Part shown: positions 63,812 through 64,000 of the stretch, one piece after another
How positions within the stretch are numbered: the stretch's first letter is position 1
How the letters are laid out: every line of letters begins with the position of its first letter
Source: an uncultured Thermoleophilia bacterium
Lineage (GTDB): Bacteria > Actinomycetota > Thermoleophilia > UBA2241
DNA: 64,000 nt
NCBI GenBank assembly: GCA_963702475.1
Contig: CAVPCT010000009.1
Span: 32,001 to 96,000 of the forward strand
Reading direction: 5' to 3'
Translations under genes and position numbers: made by a program
The notes under the pieces: model-generated
What the model was told of the DNA's origin: nothing
Database searches by the model: none
The model's input: only the letters and a program-made list of their open reading frames with translations

Positions 63812-64000
63812 ATGGAGGCCGAGTACGCGACTGTCATCTACGAGAAGACCGGCCCGACGGCGTGGATCACGCTCAACCGGCCGGAAAAGCGCAACGCGCA
63901 GAGCGACGAGCTGCGCGTGGAGATGGCGCACGCGCTCGAAGATGCGGGCCTCGACAAGGACGTGCACGTGGTCGTGATCACGGGCGCCGGAGAGGCCTTC
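63812..64000 (+). CDS. Enoyl-CoA hydratase/crotonase family (3' truncated by window edge)
   Basis: WITLNRPEKRNA, VVVITGAGEAF; GAGGAGG RBS. Confidence 0.88.
   Translation, partial: MEAEYATVIYEKTGPTAWITLNRPEKRNAQSDELRVEMAHALEDAGLDKDVHVVVITGAGEAF

Overview
Very GC-rich (~72% by eye) bacterial DNA. Gene content and order suggest a deep-branching, probably anaerobic Actinomycetota member such as Thermoleophilia (inference). Bases 1-34 kb are mostly a co-oriented housekeeping run: yebC-ruvCAB, a decayed Phd/RelE toxin-antitoxin insert, queH-queA-tgt-yajC, parA-ftsZ-scpA-scpB-rluB-tyrA-cmk-plsC-ispH-DUF512-der-plsY-gpsA, an M6 metalloprotease, metK-priA-def-fmt-rsmB-rpe, and an FMN riboswitch ahead of ribD-ribE-ribBA-ribH. 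Bases 34-54 kb are an accessory catabolic island: GntR, two non-pyrrolysine MttB-family methyltransferases, an atypical gamma-glutamyltransferase, prolyl oligopeptidase, two amidohydrolases, an alpha/beta hydrolase, a peptide-type ABC transporter with two binding proteins, and a TetR-like gene. Bases 54-64 kb hold AOR-IclR and an operon of SDR, thiolase, two cyclase-family proteins, CoA-transferase, DUF35 plus SCP2-type thiolase, and enoyl-CoA hydratase. Many genes, including essential ones, carry single-base frameshifts, most likely long-read consensus errors. The most striking observation is a complete ftsZ outside any dcw cluster. It overlaps a nucleoid-binding-type parA, sits upstream of scpAB, and carries an N-terminal extension resembling the ParA-activating peptide of ParB.
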